Shown here: positions 1 through 10,664 of the stretch, one piece after another
How the letters are laid out: the number at the start of each line of letters is the position of its first letter
Position numbering within the stretch: position 1 is the first letter of the stretch
From: Methanocaldococcus indicus
Lineage (GTDB): Archaea > AGJL01 > Methanococci > Methanococcales > Methanocaldococcaceae
Length of the DNA stretch: 64,000 bases
Direction of reading: 5' to 3'
NCBI RefSeq assembly: GCF_049554935.1
Contig: NZ_CP186926.1
Span: 640,001-704,000, forward strand
Program-made: the position numbers and the translations under genes
The notes under the pieces: generated by a model
The model's input: the letters and a program-made list of their open reading frames with translations, nothing else
The model's database searches: none
Told to the model about the DNA's origin: nothing

Positions 1-476
1 CCCTTTCTTTTTATCCAGAAGTCATGGAACTTTAATAAATCTATTTTTCCATCTATATTAGCTAATATTTTTGTTTCAACTCTATCATCAGTCATAGGAT
101 ATACTTTTTGTTTTATATTGAATAGTTTCCTTTCTATCTCCACAATCTCAGATAATTTATAGCCCTTTTTTAATAAATATGATTTATGCATTTTTAAAGC
201 TCTATCTCTATCCCCTATCCTTAAAAATTCATCTATGCCATATTTTTTTAACAACTCATGAGTATAAAATGTATCATCTCTTACTCCATACCACACATCT
301 TCATTAATTAAATCTGAAAGAGTATAAAGAACTGTATCAACATCAGGAGAAATATATAAGTCATTCATCCATAAATCTTCACCAGTATTTACAACAATTG
401 AAAAATTATCACAAATATTTTTAAATCCTTGAATTAATTTTGGAGTTCCAGTTCCACCAGAAAAAATAGTTATCAT
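1..476 (-). CDS. cofD: 2-phospho-L-lactate transferase (coenzyme F420 biosynthesis), 5' part; runs off window
   Basis: Not in ORF track. Manual translation from ATG at 476: [17 protein letters not shown]...VNTGED...[12 protein letters not shown]...GDRDRA...PMTDD...FHDFW, typical CofD motifs. Confidence 0.93.
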   Translation of the reverse strand, partial: MITIFSGGTGTPKLIQGFKNICDNFSIVVNTGEDLWMNDLYISPDVDTVLYTLSDLINEDVWYGVRDDTFYTHELLKKYGIDEFLRIGDRDRALKMHKSYLLKKGYKLSEIVEIERKLFNIKQKVYPMTDDRVETKILANIDGKIDLLKFHDFWIKRK

Positions 477-1594
477 GTTCTCACTTTAAATAAGTTGAAT
501 TTTTTGTATTCTTCATAATTAAAGCTATTTATAATTTTTTTAATATTTTCTTTACCATTGTATTTTAAATAGAGTTTTCTCATTTTTTCAGCATTTTTTC
601 TACAAAGTTTTGCATCCTCAATAGCATCATAAAGATGATTTAATTCATTGTAAGTTAGATAGATTCCACAACCTAAATCATCAACTTTTTTAGCATTGTT
701 ATTTTGTTCTGGATGGTCTAAATCAGGAATAACAACTAAGGGCTTTCCAAAGCATAAACTTTCCATTATAGTAGAGTGTCCTCCATGAGAAACTATAACC
801 TCTGCATTTCTCATTAACTTATCCATTTCTGTTGTGAATGGAATTATCTTTATATTTTTCTTATCTTCACTTTTCAAATCTTTTCTTAATCTCTTAGCTA
901 CTTCATAGCTTCCACATACTAAAATAGCTTTTAAATCATTCTTTAATGAGATTTCTTTTATTTTCTCTAATATTTTGTATCTATATTCAAAACCACCTAT
1001 AACACTTAAAACATAATTATCATTGGAAACATTATCAACATTGTATCTAATTAATGGACCAATAAATTCCATATTATCTAAGAATTTTAAGTTATATTCA
1101 CAAATTGTATAAGGCATTGGAAAATCTGGAATTATAACTTTTTCACATCTTTTATTTATAATATTCAATATTTTCATTGTTGGATGAACAACAATATCTG
1201 TTTTTAACTTAAATTTAGTATAGTTTTGGTTAGTTATACACAATACTGGTTTTTTAAATAATTTACCAACAACAACAGTACTATATTTACAATCTGAAAT
1301 AATTAAATCAGGATTGTATTTTTTGATAATTTTATATTCAGCTTTAATAGCTTTCTTAGGATTATGTTCTTTGTTGAATATAGTTGATTTTAAGTCAAAT
1401 TTTCCATCTTTACCTTTTAACTTCACCTCTGGATATGTTTCAACAACATCAAAACCATATTTTTCAATAAAATCTTTACTTTTTCCATAAGCTAAATATA
1501 AAAGCTCATGTTCATCTTTTAAAGCTTCTCCTAAGGCAATACATCTTGTTGTATGTCCAAAACCTTCCCCACATACTGAAATTAATATTCTCAT
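473..1594 (-). CDS. GT-B glycosyltransferase (MJ1255/MurG-like GT28 family)
   Basis: N-terminal GEGFGHTTR motif; C-terminal [10 protein letters not shown]...P...EQ..NA nucleotide-sugar-binding motif. Confidence 0.8.
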   Translation of the reverse strand: MRILISVCGEGFGHTTRCIALGEALKDEHELLYLAYGKSKDFIEKYGFDVVETYPEVKLKGKDGKFDLKSTIFNKEHNPKKAIKAEYKIIKKYNPDLIISDCKYSTVVVGKLFKKPVLCITNQNYTKFKLKTDIVVHPTMKILNIINKRCEKVIIPDFPMPYTICEYNLKFLDNMEFIGPLIRYNVDNVSNDNYVLSVIGGFEYRYKILEKIKEISLKNDLKAILVCGSYEVAKRLRKDLKSEDKKNIKIIPFTTEMDKLMRNAEVIVSHGGHSTIMESLCFGKPLVVIPDLDHPEQNNNAKKVDDLGCGIYLTYNELNHLYDAIEDAKLCRKNAEKMRKLYLKYNGKENIKKIINSFNYEEYKKFNLFKVRT

Positions 1595-2844
1595 AGTAAC
1601 TCCTCACTCTCTTCTGTTAATTTTATCTTATTTATTCTACCTATCTTTTCCTTTTTAAGTATTTTTCTATTCTCTAACTCAGAGACAATCCTTGAAACCT
1701 TTGGTTTATTCATTCCTGTTATCTCACAAATCTCTTTTTGTGTTATTTCTCCATATTCTTTAACCAATTTAATAATTTCTTTCTCTTCATCGGTTAAAAA
1801 TTGCCAAAGTATTCCTTTTTTAATATTTCTATATTCTTCTAATTTTTTATTAATTTCATTAAGTTTATCTTTTAGTTTTTCATTTTCATAGTTTAAAAAT
1901 TCATTTATCTCTTTTAGTTTATTTATTTCATTATTCAATTGGTTTATTTTGTTATTTAATTCTTCAACTTCTTTCATTTTAGATAAATATTTTTTGTCTA
2001 ATTCTTTAATTTTTTCTTCTTTTTCTCTAATTGTTTCATTTAGATTTAATATTTCTGAATTTAATTTATTTATTGTCTCTCTTAGCTCATCAACTTCTTT
2101 AACTTTATTTTTTAATTTTCTCTCATTATTATGTTTGTATATTACTAAACCACCCAATCCAATACTTAAAATCAATAATAGCCCGATTATTACATAAAAT
2201 TTCCAATATTCTCCTTTATTGTTAGTTTGGATATTCTCAATGTTATTTTCACTTGGAAAGCTAACAAAGGTATATTTCATATTAATAGTAAATAATATTG
2301 GCTTATTTAGCTCCAAATGCCAACTAATAATTTGATGTTTTCCATCAGATGTAATTGTATATCCAGATGGATGTATGTATAAATTTCCTTGTGGAGATAA
2401 TATAACTGTTCCAGGGGGGAGGTAAATAGTTATTTTTGCTTTTTTTGAAGATATTGGTATATTTAATATCAATTGTTTTTCAGAATTACCATAGATAGCA
2501 TCAGTAACAATAAAGTTGTATGTTATTTTAACAGATTCACCAGGTTTAATTTCTCTATCAAATCCAATAGTTATTTTTGTGGCTCCTTCATTGTAAATTA
2601 TTTCTTGAGATTTTATATTTACTGGTGAGGAATTTATAGTTATATTAGATAAACTATGTGGGATTAGTAAAGAAAATTCATTGAAAGATTTATTATCATT
2701 GTTGTATAGAGTTATTGTATAAGTTTCATTTACTAAGTTATTTGGTAGAACATAACACACTACAACAGTATCTTTAATCTCATAATTTTTAATTTCAGAG
2801 GAGTGTATGTTAGGTAGGAATAAAAGCAATATAATAAAAAACAA
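1591..2844 (-). CDS. Membrane-anchored protein: signal peptide, extracellular beta domain, TM helix, coiled coil, C-terminal winged HTH (COG2512-like)
   Basis: Hydrophobic N-terminus; [23 protein letters not shown]; heptad-rich region; LTDEEKEII...ITQKEI...[12 protein letters not shown] wHTH. Confidence 0.75.
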   Translation of the reverse strand: MFFIILLLFLPNIHSSEIKNYEIKDTVVVCYVLPNNLVNETYTITLYNNDNKSFNEFSLLIPHSLSNITINSSPVNIKSQEIIYNEGATKITIGFDREIKPGESVKITYNFIVTDAIYGNSEKQLILNIPISSKKAKITIYLPPGTVILSPQGNLYIHPSGYTITSDGKHQIISWHLELNKPILFTINMKYTFVSFPSENNIENIQTNNKGEYWKFYVIIGLLLILSIGLGGLVIYKHNNERKLKNKVKEVDELRETINKLNSEILNLNETIREKEEKIKELDKKYLSKMKEVEELNNKINQLNNEINKLKEINEFLNYENEKLKDKLNEINKKLEEYRNIKKGILWQFLTDEEKEIIKLVKEYGEITQKEICEITGMNKPKVSRIVSELENRKILKKEKIGRINKIKLTEESEELL

Positions 2845-2919
2845 TAATAACCTTTTTATGGTATCACCTTAAAATAAAGTAAAAGTCATATTATATAAAA
2901 AATTTTATGGAGATATGAT

Positions 2920-3753
2920 ATGATAAATGATTATAGAGTTAAGATAGCTATTCCATTAATTTTGTTAGTTTTCTCTATACTACTTATAACATTTAAAGGC
3001 ATTCCTAAAAGTATTGATATAACAGGAGGAACAGAAATAACAATAAAAGTTAATGAAAAGATAGATATTTTAAAGCTAAAACAAGAGTTGGAAGGATTGG
3101 CTGATGTTAAAGAACTAAAATCTACAACAGGTTATTATATAGTTATAAAATGTAAGCAAGAGAATGTTAATATTGTTAAGCAGAAACTAAAAGAGTTCTT
3201 TAAAGTAGATTCTCTATCTAAATTGGATTATTCAGAGAAAGTTATTGGACCTACACTAAGTCAGAAATTTTTTGAAGATGGATTAAAAGCTTTGAGTTTT
3301 GCATTTTTGTTTATGGCTATTGTTATTTATGTAACATTCAGAAAACCATTAGTTAGTGGAGTTATAATATTCTGTGCTTTATCAGATATTATAATTACTC
3401 TTGGTGGAATGAGTTTATTCAATATTGAGTTATCATCTGCAACAATTGCAGCCTTGTTAATGGTTATAGGTTATGCAGTAGATAGTAACATTTTATTAAC
3501 AACAAAAGTCCTAAAAAGATTAACAAAAGATTTTGATGAAGTATATAAAGAGGCCTTTAAAACTGGTTTAACAATGTCCTTAACAACTATCTCAGCTATG
3601 CTAATCTTATATTTAGTTGTAAAATTTGTTATTCCTATAGCTTATGTACTATCTAATATTTCATCAGTTATTATAATTGCTTTGATAGCTGATATTTTAA
3701 ACACATGGTTTTTAAATGCTGGAATCTTAAAATATATGGTAAGTAAAAAATAA
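2920..3753 (+). CDS. secF: Protein translocase subunit SecF
   Basis: SIDITGGT, VIGPTLS, AALLMVIGYAVDSNILL motifs; multiple TM helices. Confidence 0.93.
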   Translation: MINDYRVKIAIPLILLVFSILLITFKGIPKSIDITGGTEITIKVNEKIDILKLKQELEGLADVKELKSTTGYYIVIKCKQENVNIVKQKLKEFFKVDSLSKLDYSEKVIGPTLSQKFFEDGLKALSFAFLFMAIVIYVTFRKPLVSGVIIFCALSDIIITLGGMSLFNIELSSATIAALLMVIGYAVDSNILLTTKVLKRLTKDFDEVYKEAFKTGLTMSLTTISAMLILYLVVKFVIPIAYVLSNISSVIIIALIADILNTWFLNAGILKYMVSKK

Positions 3754-3766
3754 CTCTTAAAATTTT

Positions 3767-4609
3767 TTATTTTTTTAATACCTCTAAAATAGCTTTTCTC
3801 GTAACATCAATATTTGGCTCTATTCCTGTCCAAATTTTAAATGCTTCAGCTCCTTGATATATAAGCATTCCTAATCCATCAATTGCAAGAGCATTAGCTT
3901 TTTTAGCCTCTTTTAATAAAACTGTTTCCAAAGGAGAATAAACTAAATCCATAACTATTTTATTTTTTAATTTGTCAGAGGTTAAAAGAGGTTTATCATC
4001 TTTTTTCATTCCTACTGATGTTGCATTTATAACAATGTCAATATCTTCTATTATATCATCTACATTTAAACCAGAGTATTCCACTCTTCTATTCAACTTT
4101 TTGCTAATTTCTTCTGCCAAGCTTTTAGCTTTTTCAACTGTCCTATTTGCTATAACAACATTGTTGTTTTTTGCTAATTCAAATGCAACAGCTCTTGCAG
4201 CCCCACCAGCTCCAAAAATTAGTATATTATAGTTCTCAACCTTACCAATTTTTTCCTCCAATGCTCTCCTTGCACCTATTCCATCAGTATTATATCCTAT
4301 TGCTTTATCATCCACAATCTTTATTGTATTTACAGCATTTATTAGCTTAGCTTCTTCATTTAATTCATCTAAATATTTTATAATATCTACTTTATATGGG
4401 ATAGTAACATTAAAACCAACTATTCCCAAAGCTTTTGCTCCATCAATGACATACTTTAATCTATCCTTATCAACTTCAAAAGCTAAATATACATAGTTCA
4501 AGTTTTTATCTTTAAAAGCAGCATTGTGCATAATAGGAGATAAAGAATGCTTAACAGGATTTCCAATTAAGCCAATTAACTTAGTACTTGCATTTATAAT
4601 AATTATCAC
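3767..4609 (-). CDS. aroE: Shikimate dehydrogenase
   Basis: HSLSPIMHN, GFNVTIPYK, AVNT, NTDG, GAGGAARA, DGLGMLIYQGA. Confidence 0.96.
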   Translation of the reverse strand: MIIIINASTKLIGLIGNPVKHSLSPIMHNAAFKDKNLNYVYLAFEVDKDRLKYVIDGAKALGIVGFNVTIPYKVDIIKYLDELNEEAKLINAVNTIKIVDDKAIGYNTDGIGARRALEEKIGKVENYNILIFGAGGAARAVAFELAKNNNVVIANRTVEKAKSLAEEISKKLNRRVEYSGLNVDDIIEDIDIVINATSVGMKKDDKPLLTSDKLKNKIVMDLVYSPLETVLLKEAKKANALAIDGLGMLIYQGAEAFKIWTGIEPNIDVTRKAILEVLKK

Positions 4610-4647
4610 CTAATATTTTTTATTTTAAGTTATAAGGTAAGTTATAG

Positions 4648-5364
4648 GTGGTGGTCATAATGATTAATTATATAGTAGGACTTATTGGTCTAATTATAGC
4701 AACATATCAGGATATTAAAAGTAGAGAAATTGATGACTATATTTGGATTATGCTAAGTATTTTTGGATTATTATACACATTAACAATCTCTATATTATAT
4801 CATCAATATATATTTTTTATACAGTCAATAATTGGTTTTACTGTATGCTTTTTTTTAGGATATATTTTATTTTTATTTGGAGTTGGAGCAGCAGATGGTA
4901 AGATATTAGCTGGATTAGGAGCTTTAGTTCCAAAGTATAACTTTCCAGTGTATAGTGTGATTGGCTATCTCCTAAATTTAAGTCCTTATATACCATCATT
5001 TCCAATTGTTGTCTTTATTAATTCATTATTCTTTTGTATTTTTATTCCAATTGTTATATTTATTAAAAATATTTTAAATAAAAATTACCCAAAAAACCTT
5101 AAAGAATTTTTTTATTTATTTATTGCTGAAAAGATGAAATATAAAAAAGCTAAAAATAGTTTTAGAGTTATTTATGGAAAAGAGAAAATAAATATCTTAA
5201 AAAGTGTTGAAGAAAAGAATGACAAATACAATGATGAGGACATAGTTTGGACCTCTCCTGAAATTCCTTTTATAGTTCCAATGCTTTTGTCATATATTTT
5301 AACTCCTTATATTGGAGATTATATAGTATATAAAATTACATTAATGATATTCCAAGTATTTTAG
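4648..5364 (+). CDS. flaK: Prearchaellin (preflagellin) peptidase, A24 aspartic protease
   Basis: YQDIKSREI and GAAD catalytic Asp motifs; C-terminal VWTSPEIPF; multi-TM; adjacent to flaJ. Confidence 0.85.
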   Translation: MVVIMINYIVGLIGLIIATYQDIKSREIDDYIWIMLSIFGLLYTLTISILYHQYIFFIQSIIGFTVCFFLGYILFLFGVGAADGKILAGLGALVPKYNFPVYSVIGYLLNLSPYIPSFPIVVFINSLFFCIFIPIVIFIKNILNKNYPKNLKEFFYLFIAEKMKYKKAKNSFRVIYGKEKINILKSVEEKNDKYNDEDIVWTSPEIPFIVPMLLSYILTPYIGDYIVYKITLMIFQVF

Positions 5365-7009
5365 CTACTAATGTTTTTGTTAAATATGCTACTATTGCAC
5401 ATATCCATACACAAATAACAAAATGTAGAAATCCTACATATTTATGGCCTCCGTCCATAAGCTTTATTAAGTATGCTGAAACTGCTGAATATGCAACCAT
5501 TACTGTAAAAACTATATACTCTATAAGTCTTAAATTACTAATAGGCATAACGTTTATAATTTGTATAACCGTCTCAGGAATGTTTAAAGAAGAATATAGA
5601 TAGTTAATCATATTAGCTACTCCTAAAGATGCATAAAGTGCTAATGTTAAACCTCCTCCTAACCCATAAATTACTCCAACAAACTGCTGAACACTTTGAT
5701 ATTTAGATTTTCTTAGTTGTAATATTCTTCTAAAATTGTTACTTATTATATTTGCTGCTGTTTTAGCATCTCCTCCAAAATATATACATCTTGAAAACAT
5801 ATCAGTGAATAGCTGAATTAAATAACTACAAGAATCATATCCAAACAATCTCCAAGCTTTATTTGAATCAATATTTAAAGCCAATCTTTTGTATAATTTT
5901 TTTAAGTCATCAGTTAATGGCCCAAAATCATGATTTGATAAATATTTTAATGACTCAATCATACCTCCTCCTTTAGCACTCACAGAACCTCCTAAAGACC
6001 TTAAAAATTCTGGATATACATCTTCCTTTCTCTTTACTTTTTCTTCTTCAAAATATGCAATTATTCCAATAATTAATAAAGGAGTAAAACCTAATGCTGT
6101 CAAAATCATATAAGGAATCTTATAAAATGGACTTATCATTGCTATATACTTGGCCCAAATTAAGAATCCAAACCATACTACAGTTAATACAACTGATATT
6201 ATTAGCCATTTTTTTAGTTTTTTATCAGTATCAGTTGGATTCTTACCTGTGTGCCACAACCTATCAAAGGTCAATTTATTTTTAATTAGAACAATAATTA
6301 ATGCCTCAGTTATAATAAATGCTAACAATCCTCCAGTAGCCATAACAATAAAATTGTAAGGTAATAAAAAAGGTACTAAAATAACAAAAGATAAGAAGAA
6401 AGCAATTGATGTCATAGCACTAACATAGAGTTCTTTATACATATCTAATGAATATAACATTCTTCTATAAAATGCAGCAAAATCATCCATGACTATATCT
6501 TGTTCTTTAATAAGAAAATCTTTTAATTCTTCACCACTATCTACTGCAAAAGCTAATCTATCTAAAAAATCTGCAAATTCCTTACTTGGAGTTCTTTGTG
6601 ATAAAAATCTACAAGCCTCTGCTAAGGACATCCCCCATTTATCAACCAAAACAAATAATTTTCTTGATTCTTCTGCTAACTCACCTAATTCTTCTTTCTC
6701 TTCAGATAGTATTTTTAAAAGTTCCTTTCTATCTAAATCAGTTATAGATAATGTCCCAAATTTTGAAATAAATATATGTAGTCTTTCATTAATTTTTGTT
6801 TTTTTAGTATCTAAAAGAATATAGGGGTATGCTATAGCACTACCTAATATTAAAATAGGTAAAAGTAAGAATAAGTAAAATAACCAACCAGAGAAAAATT
6901 TAATTCCAATAATTACCAATATTAATGATACAATAAATGCAGGTAGTAGTATTTTTAAAATATAATCCCTTGGATGAATACCAACTCTCGGTAGTATTTG
7001 AAAAACCAC
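5336..7009 (-). CDS. flaJ: Archaellum assembly platform membrane protein FlaJ/ArlJ
   Basis: RTPS..FADFLDRLA, MDGGH motifs; TadC-like multi-TM; operon position. Confidence 0.94.
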   Translation of the reverse strand: MVFQILPRVGIHPRDYILKILLPAFIVSLILVIIGIKFFSGWLFYLFLLLPILILGSAIAYPYILLDTKKTKINERLHIFISKFGTLSITDLDRKELLKILSEEKEELGELAEESRKLFVLVDKWGMSLAEACRFLSQRTPSKEFADFLDRLAFAVDSGEELKDFLIKEQDIVMDDFAAFYRRMLYSLDMYKELYVSAMTSIAFFLSFVILVPFLLPYNFIVMATGGLLAFIITEALIIVLIKNKLTFDRLWHTGKNPTDTDKKLKKWLIISVVLTVVWFGFLIWAKYIAMISPFYKIPYMILTALGFTPLLIIGIIAYFEEEKVKRKEDVYPEFLRSLGGSVSAKGGGMIESLKYLSNHDFGPLTDDLKKLYKRLALNIDSNKAWRLFGYDSCSYLIQLFTDMFSRCIYFGGDAKTAANIISNNFRRILQLRKSKYQSVQQFVGVIYGLGGGLTLALYASLGVANMINYLYSSLNIPETVIQIINVMPISNLRLIEYIVFTVMVAYSAVSAYLIKLMDGGHKYVGFLHFVICVWICAIVAYLTKTLVAKILGISLM

Positions 7010-7018
7010 TATCCCACC

Positions 7019-8680
7019 TTATATTGTAAAAGGCAACCCTTCCAAACCTTTCTCATAAAATGCCCAAATAATGTCTCTAACTTGATAATAATCAAAAATT
7101 TCTCTTGCAATCATCTCATCTAAAATTTTAGCTCTTAACTCTAACTCATTATATATATCTCTAACATCCTCATATCCAGCAGCTTTAGCAATCTTTTCCT
7201 CTAAAATATAACTGTTATTTTTTCCAGTAAATACATGCCTATCTTTGTCAGGTTCCCATTGGAATACTCCTCTTGTAATGACCCCATCAACTTCTTTGTA
7301 GTATCCTTCAATCTCTTCAATAGTAACAACTCTTCTTAATACTTTACCTCTTTGATATACTGCCAATTGGAATAAAGCAACATTTAGGTTATCCATAAAT
7401 GTTAGAGGAACATTTATCGGTTCTCCACTTAACCTTTGAATCATCTTTCTAACATTTGCTGCGTGGAATGTTGATAAAACAGGGTGTCCAGTTTGCATAG
7501 CTTGGAAAGCAACTGCTGCCTCAACACTCCTAATTTCTCCAACTATGATATAGTTAGGCCTTGACCTTAAAGCTGCTCTTAATAAATCAAACAAAGTAAC
7601 CCTACTTTCCTCTGGACCTCTCTCTCTTGTTATTAATTGCTGCCAAACAGGATGAGGTGGTTTAACTTCTGGAGTATCTTCACAAGAGAATATTTTAGAA
7701 TCTGGTTTTATAAAGGGTAGTATTGCATTTAGAGTTGTTGTCTTACCAGAAGCTGTTTCTCCACAAATAAAAATACTCATACCATACTCTAAACATAACC
7801 ATAAATAAGCAGCAATTTCAGTGGAAAATGTACCCCAACTTATTAATTGAGTAACACTAATTGGAACATCTGTAAATTTCCTAATTGTAAATGATGGCCC
7901 TTTTGGAGAGACATCTGTAGAATAGACAATATTTACCCTTGAACCATCTGGTAAGGCACCATCCACAATAGGATTAGCATCTGAAACAGGCCTACCCATA
8001 CGTTCTCCAATAGTTTTTAGATAACTTGCTAATTCAACTTCATCCTCCCATGTTATATTTGTTGGTAGCATACCAAAAATTTTATGAACAACATGACAAT
8101 TTTTTGGACCTATAACGTGTATATCCTCTAAGTAAGGGTCTCTTGATATAGGTTCTAAAACTCCTAACCCTATCAAATCTCTTTTTAATAAATATAGAAA
8201 TTTCCTTCTTTCTTCAGATGTAATCTCAACCCTATTATCAACCATTTTTATAATTCTCACTAAAAAATTTTTTTTATTCTTAGTTTTGTCTTCTTCTACT
8301 ATTTTTGTACATCTATCAAATAATCTTACTAATATCTCCTCAAATTCTTCAGCACTTTTAGGAACTTCTTCATAAGGTGCTAATTCTAAAATTCTGTCTA
8401 AAATCATTTTATATTTCAATTTCTCTTCAGGAGTCTCTAATTTTGGTTCAATAACAATATACTTTGTCCTTGTTTCTGGAGTACCAAATATATGAATAAA
8501 AATAGGGTCTCCAATTGGGTATATAATATTTGGATATTTAATTTCTTTAAGTTCTCTTGATAATGCTGGTAAAAAATCAGGAAGTCTCAAATATATCCTT
8601 TTAAAATTTTCAATGTATTTTGCTAAATGAGGATTTCTTTGCATAGCTTCTCTTAATTCAGCTTCAGGCATAAATTCCAC
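7019..8680 (-). CDS. flaI: Archaellum motor ATPase FlaI/ArlI
   Basis: Walker A GETASGKTT, ALRSRPNYIIVGEIR, TGHPVLSTFHA. Confidence 0.96.
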   Translation of the reverse strand: MEFMPEAELREAMQRNPHLAKYIENFKRIYLRLPDFLPALSRELKEIKYPNIIYPIGDPIFIHIFGTPETRTKYIVIEPKLETPEEKLKYKMILDRILELAPYEEVPKSAEEFEEILVRLFDRCTKIVEEDKTKNKKNFLVRIIKMVDNRVEITSEERRKFLYLLKRDLIGLGVLEPISRDPYLEDIHVIGPKNCHVVHKIFGMLPTNITWEDEVELASYLKTIGERMGRPVSDANPIVDGALPDGSRVNIVYSTDVSPKGPSFTIRKFTDVPISVTQLISWGTFSTEIAAYLWLCLEYGMSIFICGETASGKTTTLNAILPFIKPDSKIFSCEDTPEVKPPHPVWQQLITRERGPEESRVTLFDLLRAALRSRPNYIIVGEIRSVEAAVAFQAMQTGHPVLSTFHAANVRKMIQRLSGEPINVPLTFMDNLNVALFQLAVYQRGKVLRRVVTIEEIEGYYKEVDGVITRGVFQWEPDKDRHVFTGKNNSYILEEKIAKAAGYEDVRDIYNELELRAKILDEMIAREIFDYYQVRDIIWAFYEKGLEGLPFTI

Positions 8681-8688
8681 CTTTTTTA

Positions 8689-9390
8689 TTATGCAATAGA
8701 TGCTATTTCTACAGCCAATCCTATTTTTGGTTCAACTCTAAATACTATATTCTTCTGATATGTTCCAGGAGCCATATTGTATTTAAGTATCTTAGCAATA
8801 TTTTTTATTTTTCCTGCAAATTCAAAGACTTCAGTTTTTATTAAGATAGTTGAGGAACTCCTAATAATTGTTAAAACTTCTTCACTAAGTTCTTTTGGAT
8901 TAATTGTGCAAATTATTATTTTTTTCAAAGCAGTTATTCTCTTAAAAAAAGCCATTAAATCATTAACACTAACTTCACTTGCATCATTTGAAATTAATGA
9001 TGACAATGAATCAAAAATAATTACATCTTTTTCATAAAATGCTCTTGTTTCCATAACTTTTTTTAAAAATCCGTCTTTTTTCTTGTTATCAGCTATTAAT
9101 GGATATACTGGGATGTATAATAAAGCTCCTGAAAGTAATTTTTTGTTTATTTTATAGTCTAAAGATTCCATCTGTCTTATAAATTCCAAAGTTGTTAGTT
9201 GTGTAGAAACATAAGTTACAGAATGTCTATTTTGTAGAAATCCATAAGCTAATCTTTGGCATAATACTGATTTTCCAGAACTTTCCTCACCTTCAATTAC
9301 AATTAAACTACCATATGGTATACCCCCTCCAATTCTTTTATCTAAGTCATCTCTACTAAGTTCAATTTTAGCAACTTCCATAATAAACAC
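8689..9390 (-). CDS. flaH: Archaellum RecA/KaiC-like ATP-binding protein FlaH/ArlH
   Basis: GGGIPYGS, GEESSGKS, FRVEPKIG. Confidence 0.95.
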   Translation of the reverse strand: MFIMEVAKIELSRDDLDKRIGGGIPYGSLIVIEGEESSGKSVLCQRLAYGFLQNRHSVTYVSTQLTTLEFIRQMESLDYKINKKLLSGALLYIPVYPLIADNKKKDGFLKKVMETRAFYEKDVIIFDSLSSLISNDASEVSVNDLMAFFKRITALKKIIICTINPKELSEEVLTIIRSSSTILIKTEVFEFAGKIKNIAKILKYNMAPGTYQKNIVFRVEPKIGLAVEIASIA

Positions 9391-9392
9391 CT

Positions 9393-9836
9393 TTATTGGA
9401 TATATCCAATAATCTCTCTACTAACCCCAGAACTTGATACTACTCTTATTTTATGGTAACCTGTTTCATTGTAACTAACATTAATTGTTCCTACTTCTTC
9501 AGGGTATAATATTCCTGTAGTTGGAGAAATATCAGTTATAGACACTATATTTCCATCAATAATCACATTAAATGTAGTATTTGTAAATATTATTGGCTCT
9601 TTTCCAGTATTTTTAATGTATATAGTAGTTATCCCTAATGTTGGATTCCTTGGGATGTCTGCAGGGTCATTTATTATTTCAAAATCTTGAGCTAATTTAT
9701 TAGATATTGAATCAGATTTTTTTTCTAAACTTAAAGATATTTTATAACTTGAGACAGTTAAAACACTTACAACCAATCCAGCAATTAACAATACAGCAAC
9801 AAACAATAAAATTTCTGAGACAGCACTGGATGCCAA
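9393..9836 (-). CDS. flaG: Archaellum stator protein FlaG/ArlG
   Basis: MASSAVSEILLFVAV N-terminus, IINDP, YIKNTG. Confidence 0.92.
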   Translation of the reverse strand: MASSAVSEILLFVAVLLIAGLVVSVLTVSSYKISLSLEKKSDSISNKLAQDFEIINDPADIPRNPTLGITTIYIKNTGKEPIIFTNTTFNVIIDGNIVSITDISPTTGILYPEEVGTINVSYNETGYHKIRVVSSSGVSREIIGYIQ

Positions 9837-9846
9837 TTTAAATCAC

Positions 9847-10260
9847 CTAACCAACAAGATAGAAGTACTTATTTCCATTATCTGAAACTACACATATTCT
9901 ACTTGGTTGAGTCCAATTAACAATAAAAGTTACATTTTGTAATGGAAGTAAATAACCTTGTGGTACTATTGTTATATTTTCTTTTGGAACTATAGCCCCA
10001 TCAAATAATATAGTAAAATTGTTAGGATTCACAGTTATAGAACCATTATTAAATATTGTTATATTTGTTTGTGTTGTAGAACTTGAAACACTTACAATTA
10101 CTAATCTTTCTTTTAGTTTCTTATACATATTGTTGTATTTATATTCAAATGCATCAAACATTTTGTTATATTGAGTGTCCATAGTTAAATATATATAGGA
10201 GCCAGCAATTAATAATCCTATAACAATAACTGTAATACCTATTACAGAACTAAAGCCCAT
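9847..10260 (-). CDS. flaF: Archaellum stator protein FlaF/ArlF
   Basis: MGFSSV N-terminus plus TM, NNGS, ILFDG; operon position. Confidence 0.92.
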   Translation of the reverse strand: MGFSSVIGITVIVIGLLIAGSYIYLTMDTQYNKMFDAFEYKYNNMYKKLKERLVIVSVSSSTTQTNITIFNNGSITVNPNNFTILFDGAIVPKENITIVPQGYLLPLQNVTFIVNWTQPSRICVVSDNGNKYFYLVG

Positions 10261-10657
10261 ATAATTGTTCAGCCCCCTTTCTAATTTTTCTTAATTCCCA
10301 TTCTAATTTATCTAATAAATCAGTTGATATACTCTTTCCATTTAATCTTTCAATTATTAATATTGATAGGACATGGTCTGCTATATTTAATTTACCTGAT
10401 GAATCTATAACTTCCTCATCAATTCTTATACCTTTCAAGTATTTTAACAATTTTGTTAGAGCTTTTTCCCCTATCCATCCAAGCATATAATAAAATTCTA
10501 ATATATCAGGAACATTCTCTACACCAACTTTCTCAGCCAAATATTCCAACCATTTGAATGTTAATATTATCCCTTCAGGAGTATCTGGAATATCCTCTAA
10601 TTTAGCTGGTTTATGGACAGCTAATATATGAGTCATTGATGAGTTCATTAATACCAC
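10250..10657 (-). CDS. flaE: Archaellum accessory protein FlaE/ArlE
   Basis: FlaD/E domain: LEDIP...KWLEYL...ILEFYYMLGWI...DHVLS. Confidence 0.9.
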   Translation of the reverse strand: MVLMNSSMTHILAVHKPAKLEDIPDTPEGIILTFKWLEYLAEKVGVENVPDILEFYYMLGWIGEKALTKLLKYLKGIRIDEEVIDSSGKLNIADHVLSILIIERLNGKSISTDLLDKLEWELRKIRKGAEQLYGL

Positions 10658-10664
10658 CTCATAT

